The position numbers and the translations under genes were made by a program. DNA of 61,915 nt, filler included. It is 7 parts of 7 records of this genome, joined end to end, with 100 filler letters (N's around TTAATTAATTAA, not from the genome) between each part and the next. Parts side by side here need not be neighbours in the genome. Positions count along the whole stretch, not along the records: positions 48,809 to 61,915 come from SRR31147125_7258; 6 more parts are not named here. One strand, given 5' to 3'. Shown here one piece after another: positions 51,885 to 61,915 of this stretch. Below the pieces are notes generated by a model, which worked only from the letters and a program-made list of their open reading frames with translations, was not told the origin of the DNA and did no database searches. Within the stretch, counting starts at the first letter, position 1, and every line of letters begins with the position of its first letter.

Positions 51885-52700
51885 CTAAATATCTATCTTA
51901 ATAAATTCAGGTTTTCTTTTATTGAATGCTGTAATGTAATTAAAACCGCTCTCTTTTAGAAGTCTCATAACCTCTGTATAGTGTGATGCAAGTCTTTGCG
52001 GTCTATGAGCATCAGAACCAAATGTAATAATTTCTCCTCCAAGCTCTTTGTAAAGTGAAAGAATCTCTACATGAGGGTTTTGCATCATAACCGGATAATA
52101 GAAACCACCAGCATTTACTTCTAAGCCTTTGTTATTTTTAATTAGAAAATTCATAATTTCTGTTAATTCAGGATAAGATTTTTTAATATCATATTCGGCA
52201 ACCTCTGGTGAGTATCTTCTGATTAAATCAATATGCCCAACTACATCGAAATCATGAAATGTTGTTAAGTTATGATACATTTCTGTGAAATATCCTTTAT
52301 AGATTTCATTAACAGTTTTACCTTTAAAATACTCTTTTGTATATAGATCTTTATTTTCAACACAATGTTGTGACGCGATAATGAAATCATATTCCTTTTC
52401 ATGGATAAATTTTTTGCTCTCATGAATTACATGTTTTTGCAATCCAAGTTCGATTCCCAATTTTAGGCTGATTTTTTCATTGTACTTTTCTTTTAGTCTA
52501 TAAAATGTAGACATGTATAATTCTTGATCTAATATAAATTCGAAGTCTTCTTCTGGATAATCATGGTCATGGTGTTCCGTAAAACACATCTCCGTAATAC
52601 CTTTATCTATTGCCCCTTTAATCATATCTTCCATATCAATTTTACAATCTTCAGAAAAATGACTATGGGTGTGGTAATCGTATATTTTCAAGTAATTCAA
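51885..52700 (-). CDS. HisJ/HisK-family PHP phosphatase, paralogue 1
   Basis: DYHTHS, FTEH, GIE, SQH, GHID, EVNA, GSDAH. Confidence 0.9.
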   Translation of the reverse strand: MNYLKIYDYHTHSHFSEDCKIDMEDMIKGAIDKGITEMCFTEHHDHDYPEEDFEFILDQELYMSTFYRLKEKYNEKISLKLGIELGLQKHVIHESKKFIHEKEYDFIIASQHCVENKDLYTKEYFKGKTVNEIYKGYFTEMYHNLTTFHDFDVVGHIDLIRRYSPEVAEYDIKKSYPELTEIMNFLIKNNKGLEVNAGGFYYPVMMQNPHVEILSLYKELGGEIITFGSDAHRPQRLASHYTEVMRLLKESGFNYITAFNKRKPEFIKIDI

Positions 52701-52760
52701 CTCCTTACATCGTAGAGATTATTTACATTATATCATAAATAAAAGTAAAAGTCTGAAAAA

Positions 52761-52804
52761 TATTATTAAAATTACTATAAACTATTATTAAAATTACTAT
52801 AAAC
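52761..52804. repeat. Perfect 22-bp tandem duplication in a divergent promoter
   Basis: TATTATTAAAATTACTATAAAC x2. Confidence 0.9.
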
Positions 52805-52878
52805 TATATAAGTTATGCTATAATAACAGACAAATGAATTTTATAATAATTAAAATTTAAGCAAAGAAAAGAGTAGGA

Positions 52879-53367
52879 GTGACTAGAATGAGTAAATGTC
52901 CATGTGGTAGTGGTATAGATTATAAAGAGTGTTGCGAAAAATATATTTTAAAAAAAGAATATCCAGAAACAGCGAAATTATTAATGAAATCAAGATATTC
53001 AGCATATGTTAATGGTGAAATAAAATATATATTGGAAACGAATCATCCTTCAACACGTGATGATTCGCAATATGAAGCTATAAAAGCTTGGTCAGAATCA
53101 GCTGATTGGCAGAGTTTAGTGATACTTGAAACAGAAAAGGGTGAAAAAGTTGATGATACTGGAATTGTTGAATTTCAAGTTATGTTTAAAATTAACAATG
53201 TACCTCAAATCCATCATGAGAGAAGTGTATTTGATAAAATAGATAACAAGTGGTATTACACTAGTCAGGTTGAAGTGAAGCAGGTTGAGAAAAGTGCACA
53301 AAAAATAGGAAGAAATTCATTATGTCCATGTGGTAGTGGAAAAAAATATAAGAAATGTTGTGGTTAA
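52879..53367 (+). CDS. ychJ: YchJ / SEC-C motif protein
   Basis: CPCGSG..Y..CC at both ends, [16 protein letters not shown]. Confidence 0.92.
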   Translation: MTRMSKCPCGSGIDYKECCEKYILKKEYPETAKLLMKSRYSAYVNGEIKYILETNHPSTRDDSQYEAIKAWSESADWQSLVILETEKGEKVDDTGIVEFQVMFKINNVPQIHHERSVFDKIDNKWYYTSQVEVKQVEKSAQKIGRNSLCPCGSGKKYKKCCG

Positions 53368-53380
53368 ATAACTCAAAATT

Positions 53381-53418
53381 ACACTAAGTCCCTCTTTTGC
53401 CAAAGAGGGACTTAGTGT
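53381..53418. terminator. Bidirectional terminator
   Basis: ACACTAAGTCCCTCTTT ... AAAGAGGGACTTAGTGT. Confidence 0.88.
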
Positions 53419-54129
53419 TTATATTTTACTAGAGGCAGGCCCATCTATGAATAGATAAAACCTTGCTTTAGGATTGACATGAGACGCAGGGTATTTTTCA
53501 TTTTGTCTAAGAAAGACTTCTCTGGAAATATCCGTTTTACTTTCTCCGCTCACTAGAAATGCAACACACTTTGCATTATTAATGACGTTCATACCCAGAG
53601 AAATTCTATCAAATTGAACTCTAGCGAGCCCAGTAACATTGGTCACAATGTCATTAGAGGTTTCATCATATGTTTCTGGAAAAAGCGATGCTGTATGACC
53701 ATCATCACCTAATCCTAGAAAGATAAAATCGAATTCGGGCATTCCATCTTTTTTCAACTCGAAACTCTTTATTAAGTCATCTTTAAAAAACTTCATACTA
53801 TCTTTGATATCTGCGTGATATTCGATACTGTGTACATTTTTACGAGGAATTCTTATTTTATTTAGCAGCGTTTTGGTTAACAGGTTGAAATTACTGTCTT
53901 TCGAAGTATGTGGAACGTTTCGTTCATCAACTAAAAATATCTCAACATTCTCCCAAGAGATATCTAGTTCGGATAATTTTTCAAAAAATACCTTTGGAGT
54001 ATTTCCTCCTGAAAACGCAACTTTGATTTTCCCATTATTTTCAGTATAAATATCATTGAAAAGAATAAGCATTTCAAGTGATATCTCATTAATATCTTTT
54101 CCTATTATTATATCGTTATTTTTCATCAC
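53419..54129 (-). CDS. pgl: 6-phosphogluconolactonase
   Basis: [21 protein letters not shown]. Confidence 0.93.
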   Translation of the reverse strand: MMKNNDIIIGKDINEISLEMLILFNDIYTENNGKIKVAFSGGNTPKVFFEKLSELDISWENVEIFLVDERNVPHTSKDSNFNLLTKTLLNKIRIPRKNVHSIEYHADIKDSMKFFKDDLIKSFELKKDGMPEFDFIFLGLGDDGHTASLFPETYDETSNDIVTNVTGLARVQFDRISLGMNVINNAKCVAFLVSGESKTDISREVFLRQNEKYPASHVNPKARFYLFIDGPASSKI

Positions 54130-55660
54130 TATATCTCCACTTCCTATTGTCTTTTTCGATTAATCTAAACGCCTCAAGAGGTCCCCAGCTACCAGCTCTA
54201 TAACTTGCAGGAACTACACCGCTATTCTCCCATCTACTAATGATAGGATCCACAATATCCCACATCTGCTCTATTCCATCCTGTCTAGCAAATAATGTAA
54301 GATCAGAATTAATACAATCCATTAATAATCTTTCATATGCGGAAAGTTTGTGAGAATTGAAAGTATCTTTGTAATTGAACTTCATATCGGCTGAACGGAG
54401 AATATTCCCTATTCCTGGCTGTTTTATTCCAATATTAATTATTATTTCTTCTTCTGGTTGGATTTTGAGAACTAAGGAGTTTGATTTTATTATACTACAA
54501 TTATCCTTCATCAATTTAAGAGGTAGTTGTTTAAATTCAATATAAATCTCTGTAACTTTTTTCTTCAATCTTTTACCTGCTCTGATATAAAATGGTACTC
54601 CTGACCAACGCCAATTATCTATGAATAGTTTGGCTGCTACAAATGTTGGAGTATTTGAATCTGGATTAACATTCTTTTCCTCTCTATATCCCAGAGCTTC
54701 TTTGTTATGAAGTAAACCATAAATATATTGTCCACTGATTGTATTTTCATCTACATCATTTGCCGTCATTTTTCTAATAGTCCGAAATACTTTTACTTTC
54801 TCATCTCTAATAAAATCAGCGGTAAATCCAACTGGAGGCTCCATTGCAACTAGGGATATTAGTTGCATCATATGGTTTTGAATAATGTCACGGAGTACAC
54901 CTGCTTTTTCATAAAAGCTACCTCTATGTTCAATACCAATATCTTCAGCAACTGTTATCTGTACATGGTCTACATATTGCCTATTCCATAGTGGTTCGAG
55001 GATACTGTTCCCAAATCTAAAAAATAGTATATTTTGTACGGTCTCTTTTCCTAAATAATGATCTATTCTATATATTTGGTTTTCGTCGAAGTAATGATGT
55101 ATTCTCTCATTCAATTCAATAGCAGATTTTTTATTTACACCGAATGGTTTCTCTAGAACAAGTTTAATTTTACAGTAAAAATCTGAATCAATTTTTAGCT
55201 TTCCAAGATGTTCTATTATGTTAGGAGAAAATGCAGGAGGGACTGCAAAATATAGAACAGTATGCTCTTTAGCAAATTTTTTAGATTGAAGTAGTTTGAA
55301 CATCTCTTTATATTTTGAAATATCATCAAAACCACTAGATAAATATGAAAACTTACTCTTAAACTCTTTTACTTTATCCGCATCGTATTCCTCTTTTGAA
55401 AATTTTTCTAATGAGTTGTCTATAACATCTTGATACTCTTCGTCTGTCATCTCAGGTAAACCAAAGCCGACAATATTATAATTTCCCTTCATATAAGAAT
55501 TGATAAAGAGATTATACAGTGATGGAATTAGCTTTCTAGTACTGAGATCTCCAGCACCTCCAAAGATAACCAGATTAAAGTTATCAATTTTATAGTTCTC
55601 AATATCAATTTCGCATTGGCTGTTATCGTTAAGAGTTTGGTTAAATTTTAAGTTTTCCAT
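54116..55660 (-). CDS. zwf: Glucose-6-phosphate dehydrogenase
   Basis: [20 protein letters not shown]. Confidence 0.97.
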   Translation of the reverse strand: MENLKFNQTLNDNSQCEIDIENYKIDNFNLVIFGGAGDLSTRKLIPSLYNLFINSYMKGNYNIVGFGLPEMTDEEYQDVIDNSLEKFSKEEYDADKVKEFKSKFSYLSSGFDDISKYKEMFKLLQSKKFAKEHTVLYFAVPPAFSPNIIEHLGKLKIDSDFYCKIKLVLEKPFGVNKKSAIELNERIHHYFDENQIYRIDHYLGKETVQNILFFRFGNSILEPLWNRQYVDHVQITVAEDIGIEHRGSFYEKAGVLRDIIQNHMMQLISLVAMEPPVGFTADFIRDEKVKVFRTIRKMTANDVDENTISGQYIYGLLHNKEALGYREEKNVNPDSNTPTFVAAKLFIDNWRWSGVPFYIRAGKRLKKKVTEIYIEFKQLPLKLMKDNCSIIKSNSLVLKIQPEEEIIINIGIKQPGIGNILRSADMKFNYKDTFNSHKLSAYERLLMDCINSDLTLFARQDGIEQMWDIVDPIISRWENSGVVPASYRAGSWGPLEAFRLIEKDNRKWRYSDEK

Positions 55661-55669
55661 TTAACTCAC

Positions 55670-56575
55670 CTATTCTTTCTCTTTAACAGCGTGCCCACCA
55701 AACTGATTTCTAAGAGCCGCTAGAACTTTGTCAGTATAAGTCTCATCTTTACGTGAACGGAATCTCTGTAGCAGAGATAAAGTAATAACAGGAGCTGCAA
55801 CACTTTGATCGATAGCTTCCTGTACAGTCCATCTGCCCTCTCCAGAATCCTGTACAAATCCCTTAATATTATATAAACTTTGGTCATCCTTGAATATATT
55901 CACTGATAACTCCAATAACCATGAACGAATAACGCTACCATAGTTCCACATTTCTGAAATTTGCTCTAAATCCAGGTCAAACTCCGATTTGGCTTTAAGC
56001 AGCTCAAAACCTTCTGCGTAAGCTTGCATCATTCCATATTCTATACCGTTATGTATCATTTTAACATAATGCCCTGAACCACTAGGTCCAACGTGTCCAT
56101 AACCATTTTCTGGAGCCAAAGCTTTTATAATTGGTTCAACATATTCGAATGCCTCCTTTTCACCACCCACCATTAGACAATATCCCTCTGTTAATCCCCA
56201 TACACCGCCACTAGTACCTACATCCATAAAATAGATTTCTCTTGCCTTGAGGGCTTTACCACGAGCAATAGAGTCCTTATACATAGAGTTTCCGCCATCT
56301 ATTAAGATATCATGTTCATTTAATTTATCTGCTAACATATTTACGGTTTGTTCCGTTGGATTTCCAGCTGGTACCATTATCCAGACTATTTTTCTATCAG
56401 GTAATTTTGTTAACATATCATCAATTGAATCAGATGAAATAGCACCTAATTCTACAGCCCGCTCAATAAACTTTTTGCTGAGATCAAATACCACAACTTC
56501 ATGCCCTTTATTTATAAGCCTTTTGGCCATATTTCCACCCATTTTACCTAAACCAATTATTCCTATTCTCATCAC
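55670..56575 (-). CDS. gnd: Short (YqeC-type) decarboxylating 6-phosphogluconate dehydrogenase
   Basis: GLGKMG, SGG, VKMIHNGIEYG, DSGEGRWT, RNQFGGH. Confidence 0.96.
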   Translation of the reverse strand: MMRIGIIGLGKMGGNMAKRLINKGHEVVVFDLSKKFIERAVELGAISSDSIDDMLTKLPDRKIVWIMVPAGNPTEQTVNMLADKLNEHDILIDGGNSMYKDSIARGKALKAREIYFMDVGTSGGVWGLTEGYCLMVGGEKEAFEYVEPIIKALAPENGYGHVGPSGSGHYVKMIHNGIEYGMMQAYAEGFELLKAKSEFDLDLEQISEMWNYGSVIRSWLLELSVNIFKDDQSLYNIKGFVQDSGEGRWTVQEAIDQSVAAPVITLSLLQRFRSRKDETYTDKVLAALRNQFGGHAVKEKE

Positions 56576-56731
56576 TGGCCTCCTTTATATTAATTACTTT
56601 TATAATAAGATATATTGATTATTCTTGAATATCCTCTTTTTATTAAAGAAGTAATAGATTATTGCATATTAGGTTATAAAGAGATATAATAAACTATTAT
56701 TAAATAATACATAACTAACAGGAGGAATACT

Positions 56732-57271
56732 ATGCTTAAAATAATTGTAACTGAAGAAATAGAGCTAAAACTAATTGAAAAACGTCATGCGGAAGCTGAT
56801 TTTAACTTAGTAAATGAAAATAGGGAATATCTAAGAAAGTGGCTGCCTTGGCTTGATTTTACTAAAACCATAGAAGATATGCAAAAATTTACAAAAACAT
56901 GTATGCAACAGTTTGCTGATGGAACAGCAATAAATTTAGGTATTTGGTACAAAGGAGAATTAGCTGGTGTAATAAGCTTAATGGAAATAAGTGAACTTCA
57001 TAAAAGTGCAAGTATAGGTTATTGGTTAGGGAAGCGATTTACAGGAAGAGCTATAATGACTGAAGTATGTAAAAAAATGTTAGATTATGCTTTTAATGAA
57101 CTTGAACTAAATAGAGTAGAGATAAGATGTGCAAAGGATAATCATAAGAGTAGATCAATTCCTAAGAGATTAGGATTTGCAGAGGAAGGCAAAATTAGAG
57201 AATCAGAATATCTTTATGATCATTACGTAACGCATGTTGTATATGGGATGCTTAAAAGAGAATGGAAATAA
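56732..57271 (+). CDS. RimJ/RimL-family GNAT acetyltransferase
   Basis: LRKWLPW, IGYWLG..FTGRAIMT, N..S..IP.RLGF..EG. Confidence 0.9.
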   Translation: MLKIIVTEEIELKLIEKRHAEADFNLVNENREYLRKWLPWLDFTKTIEDMQKFTKTCMQQFADGTAINLGIWYKGELAGVISLMEISELHKSASIGYWLGKRFTGRAIMTEVCKKMLDYAFNELELNRVEIRCAKDNHKSRSIPKRLGFAEEGKIRESEYLYDHYVTHVVYGMLKREWK

Positions 57272-57319
57272 AATATAAACCACCTAATGATAAGGAAATT
57301 ATTAGGTGGTTTATATTTT
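57270..57319 (+). terminator. Intrinsic terminator
   Basis: AAAATATAAACCACCTAAT ... ATTAGGTGGTTTATATTTT. Confidence 0.85.
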
Positions 57320-57488
57320 GGGGTATTAACACTCAATCGGTGTAATAGAGAATTATTGTTTACAATTCTCCTAATAAATTGCTATAATTAATTATTATAT
57401 AAAATAAAGGGATGGATAATCCTCACGGTATATATAATGTAGATGCAGAAATCATTTTACTATAACTTTAAAAAAGGGGGTAAAGATT

Positions 57489-59429
57489 ATGTTTAAGAGA
57501 AAATCTAAATTTACACGTAACTGGTTTGACTTTATTCTCTTTGGAGCTATATCACTACTTTTTTTAGCGATCTTTATCTACCTCTCTGGAGTAAAACATG
57601 CGAAAGAGTCTGCAGCTCAATTTGATGATTTCTTTAAGGAAAAATTAAAAGAGATAGTAAAAGTAGAAGTATTAAATAGATTGGATGAAATTGAGTATGG
57701 ATTGAATAAAATTAAGACAGAAGAAAATGATTTATCTGCTCAGAAAATACAAGAGATCAGACGTTTCTTAGTTAATTCACCTGTAATAGAAACTGAGGAT
57801 CTTGAATTAAAACGAAAAGCTGCTATATCGCTATTTGAATTTTTAATTCAAAAAGATGAAGAACGATTTTATTTTATTCAAGACAAAACTGGAAATCTTA
57901 TTTGGTCAAGTAATAGTGACATATATAGTGGAATTAATTATTGGGATGTAGCTGATAAAGATGGAATCTATTTTGCTCGAGAAATAAGTAAGGCCGCTTA
58001 TTTTCCAAAAGGAATATTTGTAAGTTATCGTTGGCCAAAGGAAACAAATGGAGAGCCACTAAAAAAAACGTCATATTGTCTTTATATTCCTGATTTTGAT
58101 TTTATTATTGGAACTGGAGTCTATGAAGTGGATTTAATTGAAAAGCTAAAACTAAGAACATATGAGCAAATTCAGAGCTATTATGAGGATAAAGATAATT
58201 ATGTTTTTATACTAGATTATGATGGAATAATTAAAGTTCATGCAAATACTAATTATGTAGGTAGAAATGTTTTTAAATTAAATGATGCCCCTATTGCTAC
58301 CGCTCATACAGAAATAATGAAGAAATTGAGAAGGGGAAATGGATTTGTTACTTATGATATTGACAAGAAAAATACTCATATTATAAGTGAAAAAATTACG
58401 TATGTTCATAAAATAGATGAGTGGAGAGTCTATATAGGAATGGGCTTTCATACAGATGATGCTGTAATGGAAATAGAGGGTTACAGTGAAGAATTTGAGA
58501 AGGATCACTTAACTGATACTATTGTATTTATAGCGATACTTGCCGTAATTGCATTTATTTCAAGTTTCTTTATAAAAAATGGGTTACGCATACAGAAAGA
58601 TATATTGAAACAAGAGGACATTGTATTTGAACAATTATTGGAATTAACTAACGATGGTGTTGTAATTGTGTCTAATAAAGGAGAAATTCTTTATAAAAAT
58701 AATTTTATAGAAACAATGTTTAAAGGGAAAAGTGAACAGGTTTTTTCAAAAAATGAGAGTGAAAATTTTATAATGATTGATTATGATATATATAGATTTA
58801 ACACTGAACTGGGTAGAGAATATTTTCTAAAAATTAATATTGAGAAAATGATATATCAGGGTTCGGAAAGTAAAATTTATTTAATTAAAAATATTAGCGA
58901 TGAATATATTAGAGAAAATGAATTGCAGAAGTTAGCATATTATGATGTACTTACTAATCTGCCTAATCGTAGAAAGTTACAGAATGATTTCGAAGATTTA
59001 TTTATCTCAATAACAAATTCTAATGAAGAGAATACCTTTGTTCTTGCGATACTTGATTTAGACAAGTTCAAAATTGTGAATGATACATTTGGCCATGAAA
59101 TGGGCGACAATGTTTTAAGGGAGTTCAGTGAGTTTATAAGTAGCAAAATCAGAAAATCAGAAAATCTTTATCGATTTGGTGGAGAAGAATTTGTAATGAT
59201 ATTAAAGAATGTAGATTTGATGAGGGCAAAAACTATTTTAGAAACAATAAATTATAGACTTAATTTAAATATGGAAGAAAAATTTGGTTTCCCTGTAACA
59301 TTTAGTGCAGGAGCAGTTTTAGTAAATTTTGTAGATAGAGAAGCAAATCTAGATTCATATTTAAAGAGAGCAGATGAATTTCTTTATAAAGCTAAAGAAA
59401 ATGGTCGAAATAAAATAGAGATTGATTAA
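57489..59429 (+). CDS. Cache-domain (x2) membrane diguanylate cyclase with PAS-like region
   Basis: TM-Cache-Cache-TM; DVLTNLPNRR, DLDKFK, RFGGEEF. Confidence 0.9.
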   Translation: MFKRKSKFTRNWFDFILFGAISLLFLAIFIYLSGVKHAKESAAQFDDFFKEKLKEIVKVEVLNRLDEIEYGLNKIKTEENDLSAQKIQEIRRFLVNSPVIETEDLELKRKAAISLFEFLIQKDEERFYFIQDKTGNLIWSSNSDIYSGINYWDVADKDGIYFAREISKAAYFPKGIFVSYRWPKETNGEPLKKTSYCLYIPDFDFIIGTGVYEVDLIEKLKLRTYEQIQSYYEDKDNYVFILDYDGIIKVHANTNYVGRNVFKLNDAPIATAHTEIMKKLRRGNGFVTYDIDKKNTHIISEKITYVHKIDEWRVYIGMGFHTDDAVMEIEGYSEEFEKDHLTDTIVFIAILAVIAFISSFFIKNGLRIQKDILKQEDIVFEQLLELTNDGVVIVSNKGEILYKNNFIETMFKGKSEQVFSKNESENFIMIDYDIYRFNTELGREYFLKINIEKMIYQGSESKIYLIKNISDEYIRENELQKLAYYDVLTNLPNRRKLQNDFEDLFISITNSNEENTFVLAILDLDKFKIVNDTFGHEMGDNVLREFSEFISSKIRKSENLYRFGGEEFVMILKNVDLMRAKTILETINYRLNLNMEEKFGFPVTFSAGAVLVNFVDREANLDSYLKRADEFLYKAKENGRNKIEID

Positions 59430-59440
59430 AAGGAGAATTT

Positions 59441-60019
59441 ATGAATTATTTGGGGCACTCGATGTTAAATCCTGAATCGGCTAATGAAAAACTAGTTTTT
59501 GGAAATGTCTGTGGTGATTTCTTCAAGGGAAAACTAGATAGCTTATCCGCACATGAAGATGTATTAGTTGGTATTAAACAACATAGATTAATTGATTCAT
59601 TAACTGACTCCAGTACTTACTTTTTAGATAGTAAAAAAATGCTAAAGAAATATAGACTATATTCAGGTGTTATAGTAGATATGTTTAACGATCACTTTCT
59701 GGCAAAAAATTTTAAAAATTACTCAACTACTCCTTTAAAGAAGCATAGCAGTGAGATTTATGAAATAATAGATAATAATGAAATTTATTTAGGAGAAAGA
59801 GGAAAAAGAGCTTTACATTATATGAAAAGGGGAGACTGGTTAGGAAATTATGGCAGCATTGATTTTCTGGAGGAGGTTCTTTATGGAATTTCTACTAGAT
59901 TCAAGAGAGAGAATACTCTCTATGAAAGTATAAATGAGTTAAAGATTAATTATAAACAATTTGAGGATAATTTTTATGAACTTTGGAGTGAGATAAATAT
60001 TAAATTGAATTTAGATTAG
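59441..60019 (+). CDS. acpH: ACP phosphodiesterase (DUF479)
   Basis: MNYLGH, GDFFKG, HRLIDSLTD, DMFNDHFLA. Confidence 0.88.
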   Translation: MNYLGHSMLNPESANEKLVFGNVCGDFFKGKLDSLSAHEDVLVGIKQHRLIDSLTDSSTYFLDSKKMLKKYRLYSGVIVDMFNDHFLAKNFKNYSTTPLKKHSSEIYEIIDNNEIYLGERGKRALHYMKRGDWLGNYGSIDFLEEVLYGISTRFKRENTLYESINELKINYKQFEDNFYELWSEINIKLNLD

Positions 60020-60025
60020 TTAAAC

Positions 60026-60067
60026 AATAAGAGTCAGCTACTTTTGATAGAATAGCTGACTCTTATT
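60026..60067. terminator. Bidirectional terminator
   Basis: AATAAGAGTCAGCTA ... TAGCTGACTCTTATT. Confidence 0.85.
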
Positions 60068-60140
60068 ATTTGATTGTTTTTTTAAACCAATTTAGTTCAT
60101 ATAAAATGGAGTTTATAATTTAAACATTTCAGTAGAAATT

Positions 60141-60335
60141 TTACTCTGCCATAAAATGATTATGTGCAGGATCGAATTTAAATCCTCCCTTATGTAATTT
60201 TTCAATTAGTACATCCTTTGAAATATCATAAAAGGCGACTAACTCATCTAAATTTGGAAACTCATCTCGTAGCTTCATATTGACAATTCCATATAAAATC
60301 TCACAATCCATTGTTTCAAATTTCTTTAAATCCAT
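60141..60335 (-). CDS. DUF4250-family small protein
   Basis: IVNMKLRDEFPNLDEL; ATG 60335 after AAGGGGGA. Confidence 0.85.
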   Translation of the reverse strand: MDLKKFETMDCEILYGIVNMKLRDEFPNLDELVAFYDISKDVLIEKLHKGGFKFDPAHNHFMAE

Positions 60336-60356
60336 CTTATCCCCCTTTTTAGACAA

Positions 60357-61364
60357 TTAAGATAACAATATACCATTGTTTAGCATAAGTGCAGCTAACA
60401 ACCTAAAAAACTGTATTGAAAAATGAAAACCTAATGCTGTTTCAAGGTTTTTATTAAACATAAGAGTTGCGATGGGCATAGCAAATAAAACAACTGCCAC
60501 TGGTGTTAAAACAAAAATATTAAATATTGAATCAGCTAAATAAATATAAGTAGAGAAATACGCAACTATTAACGTTGAAGCCCTAAAAACATTTCCTGTA
60601 TTTGAAAACTTCGATAGTATGAAAAAGAAAATGGGAACCCAAAGTGCTCTTCCCCATGCTTCAGCGCTAACACCTAGGTTAAAGGCAACAAATAGATGCC
60701 TCCAATTAGTCACCCAATCAAGCTTATAACTAGTTGGCATTAATATCTTACCTAGGCTCCATGGTAAAGCAAGTATCATTCCATATCCAAAAGCTTTAAT
60801 CGCATGCATAGTTCCTTCAGTTATAAAGATCGATCTACCAACTCCTAAATATCCATATCCAGAACCATTTAATAGAGCCCATCCACCTAAAAAACTAGGA
60901 AATACAAATAGAACCTGTAATAATGCCCATTTCGATTGCGTTATCCCACTACCATTTCCAATTAAAGCAGTAATAATAGAAAAAATTGTGATTATAGTAG
61001 CTAAAATAAGATGTCTTCTATTAAGGTAGGTCCTAAATACATTTGAAAAAATTCCAGCTACAATTGGAATAATAATGAAAAACATATTTCCTATGATGGA
61101 TTTTGTGTAGCAGATAATTACTAATAATATGAAACCTAGTAAAAGAGTTTTAGTTTGGTTACCTTTGGAACATAGTTTGGGTAATGGAGAAGGATAACTT
61201 TTTATTAAGAAATAACTACTAAACATTAATAAAAGATTGTTAATTGGCCTGGCAAAAAAATTATTTGGTATATTAAAAAACAAAATTTGAATTAAAAAAA
61301 TTAACATTATAGCTAAATACATAATTTTAAATTTTAGTGAAATATTTGATTTCTCTGCAAGCAT
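60357..61364 (-). CDS. Multi-pass membrane protein, distantly CPBP/CAAX-protease-like
   Basis: Many TMs; GVSAEAWGR and ALGFHF resemble degenerate CPBP motifs. Confidence 0.55.
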   Translation of the reverse strand: MLAEKSNISLKFKIMYLAIMLIFLIQILFFNIPNNFFARPINNLLLMFSSYFLIKSYPSPLPKLCSKGNQTKTLLLGFILLVIICYTKSIIGNMFFIIIPIVAGIFSNVFRTYLNRRHLILATIITIFSIITALIGNGSGITQSKWALLQVLFVFPSFLGGWALLNGSGYGYLGVGRSIFITEGTMHAIKAFGYGMILALPWSLGKILMPTSYKLDWVTNWRHLFVAFNLGVSAEAWGRALWVPIFFFILSKFSNTGNVFRASTLIVAYFSTYIYLADSIFNIFVLTPVAVVLFAMPIATLMFNKNLETALGFHFSIQFFRLLAALMLNNGILLS

Positions 61365-61863
61365 AGAAAAAACTCCTTAATGAAAGATAGGTATTTAAAT
61401 AGTATATCATTTCACTAGAAAAAATCAATATTTGTTTATTATTAATTATATTATTCTATATATTGCAATAAATCCTTTTTTTATACTTACAAAGTAAATA
61501 CTATCTTACTATTCAAAGAAAATTTGTGAAGTATAATTAGACAGGTTATATTAAAAATTTTTATTACTATTAATATATAATTATTGCGTTGATTTAACAT
61601 TTAAATTGATCTCTTGAACTAAAATGTTATCTGTGTTATAATTATGGCACGTTTATACAAAAAAAATGGACAAATAGTTTTTTAGCTAGATATAAAAAGG
61701 ATAATCAGGTATAATATGTAAATAATATATAGTTAATAAATAAAATATATAAAGCTAATTTTTGAAGATAAAGTATAAATTCTATTCTGACAATCACGTA
61801 TACCGCCTATACGTGTTGATATATATTAAAATACTGATGTTAGTTACAGAGGAGGAAATAACT

Positions 61864-61915
61864 ATGTCAAGAAAGTTCAAAAGAATTTTAATTGCAAACC
61901 GGGGGGAAATTGCAG
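61864..61915 (+). CDS. Start of a biotin-carboxylase-domain enzyme (pyruvate carboxylase or AccC)
   Basis: RBS GAGGAGG; MSRKFKRILIANRGEIA. Confidence 0.85.
   Translation, partial: MSRKFKRILIANRGEIA

Noticed and set aside
1-61915. CRISPR array, cas genes, rRNA, integrase or transposase
   Set aside because: No regularly spaced repeat-spacer array, rRNA-like tract or recombinase motif was seen.

Overview
This is not one locus. Seven unrelated contigs are joined by six artificial 100-nt linkers (N44-TTAATTAATTAA-N44), so gene neighbourhoods must not be read across the linkers. Taxonomic labels below are impressions from composition and gene families only. (1) 1-5639: Bacteroidota-like copper/heavy-metal efflux cluster (TolC, CusB-type adaptor, CopA-type ATPase) with an embedded membrane-anchored Schlafen/AlbA_2 gene. 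(2) 5740-11278: four tandem DUF805 paralogues, parB, an HD hydrolase and partial tsaB. (3) 11379-20973: AT-rich anaerobe fragment with half a tRNA, a 7TM-DISM diguanylate cyclase, ppx-ppk1, cobS-cobC and a reverse rubrerythrin. (4) 21074-28250: TlpA redoxin, pRiA4b-ORF3 protein, a 1453-aa secreted C10 peptidase, and REP-like palindromes at both contig ends. (5) 28351-43453: very AT-rich defence island, the most interesting part. It holds an uncharacterised coupled operon (XRE regulator, MATE transporter, PHP phosphoesterase, kinase-nucleotidyltransferase fusion, LRR fusion, HEPN-CBS protein), then type I R-M, a Hailong-like pentapeptide/ion-channel + NTase pair with a third small gene, and a partial helicase. 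Two copies of an unnamed structured hairpin+terminator element bracket this block. (6) 43554-48708: GC-richer Desulfobacteraceae-like fragment (TAXI, PilZ, RimK, HEAT/pseudo-receiver, galE). (7) 48809-61915: housekeeping (ppk2/pap, two HisJ-type PHPs, ychJ, gnd-zwf-pgl, GNAT, Cache-GGDEF, acpH, start of a biotin carboxylase). About ten split ORFs are repaired by a small change to a homopolymer run, nearly always one added base, which points to sequencing error rather than real pseudogenes. All family calls come from motif recognition by eye; no searches were run.
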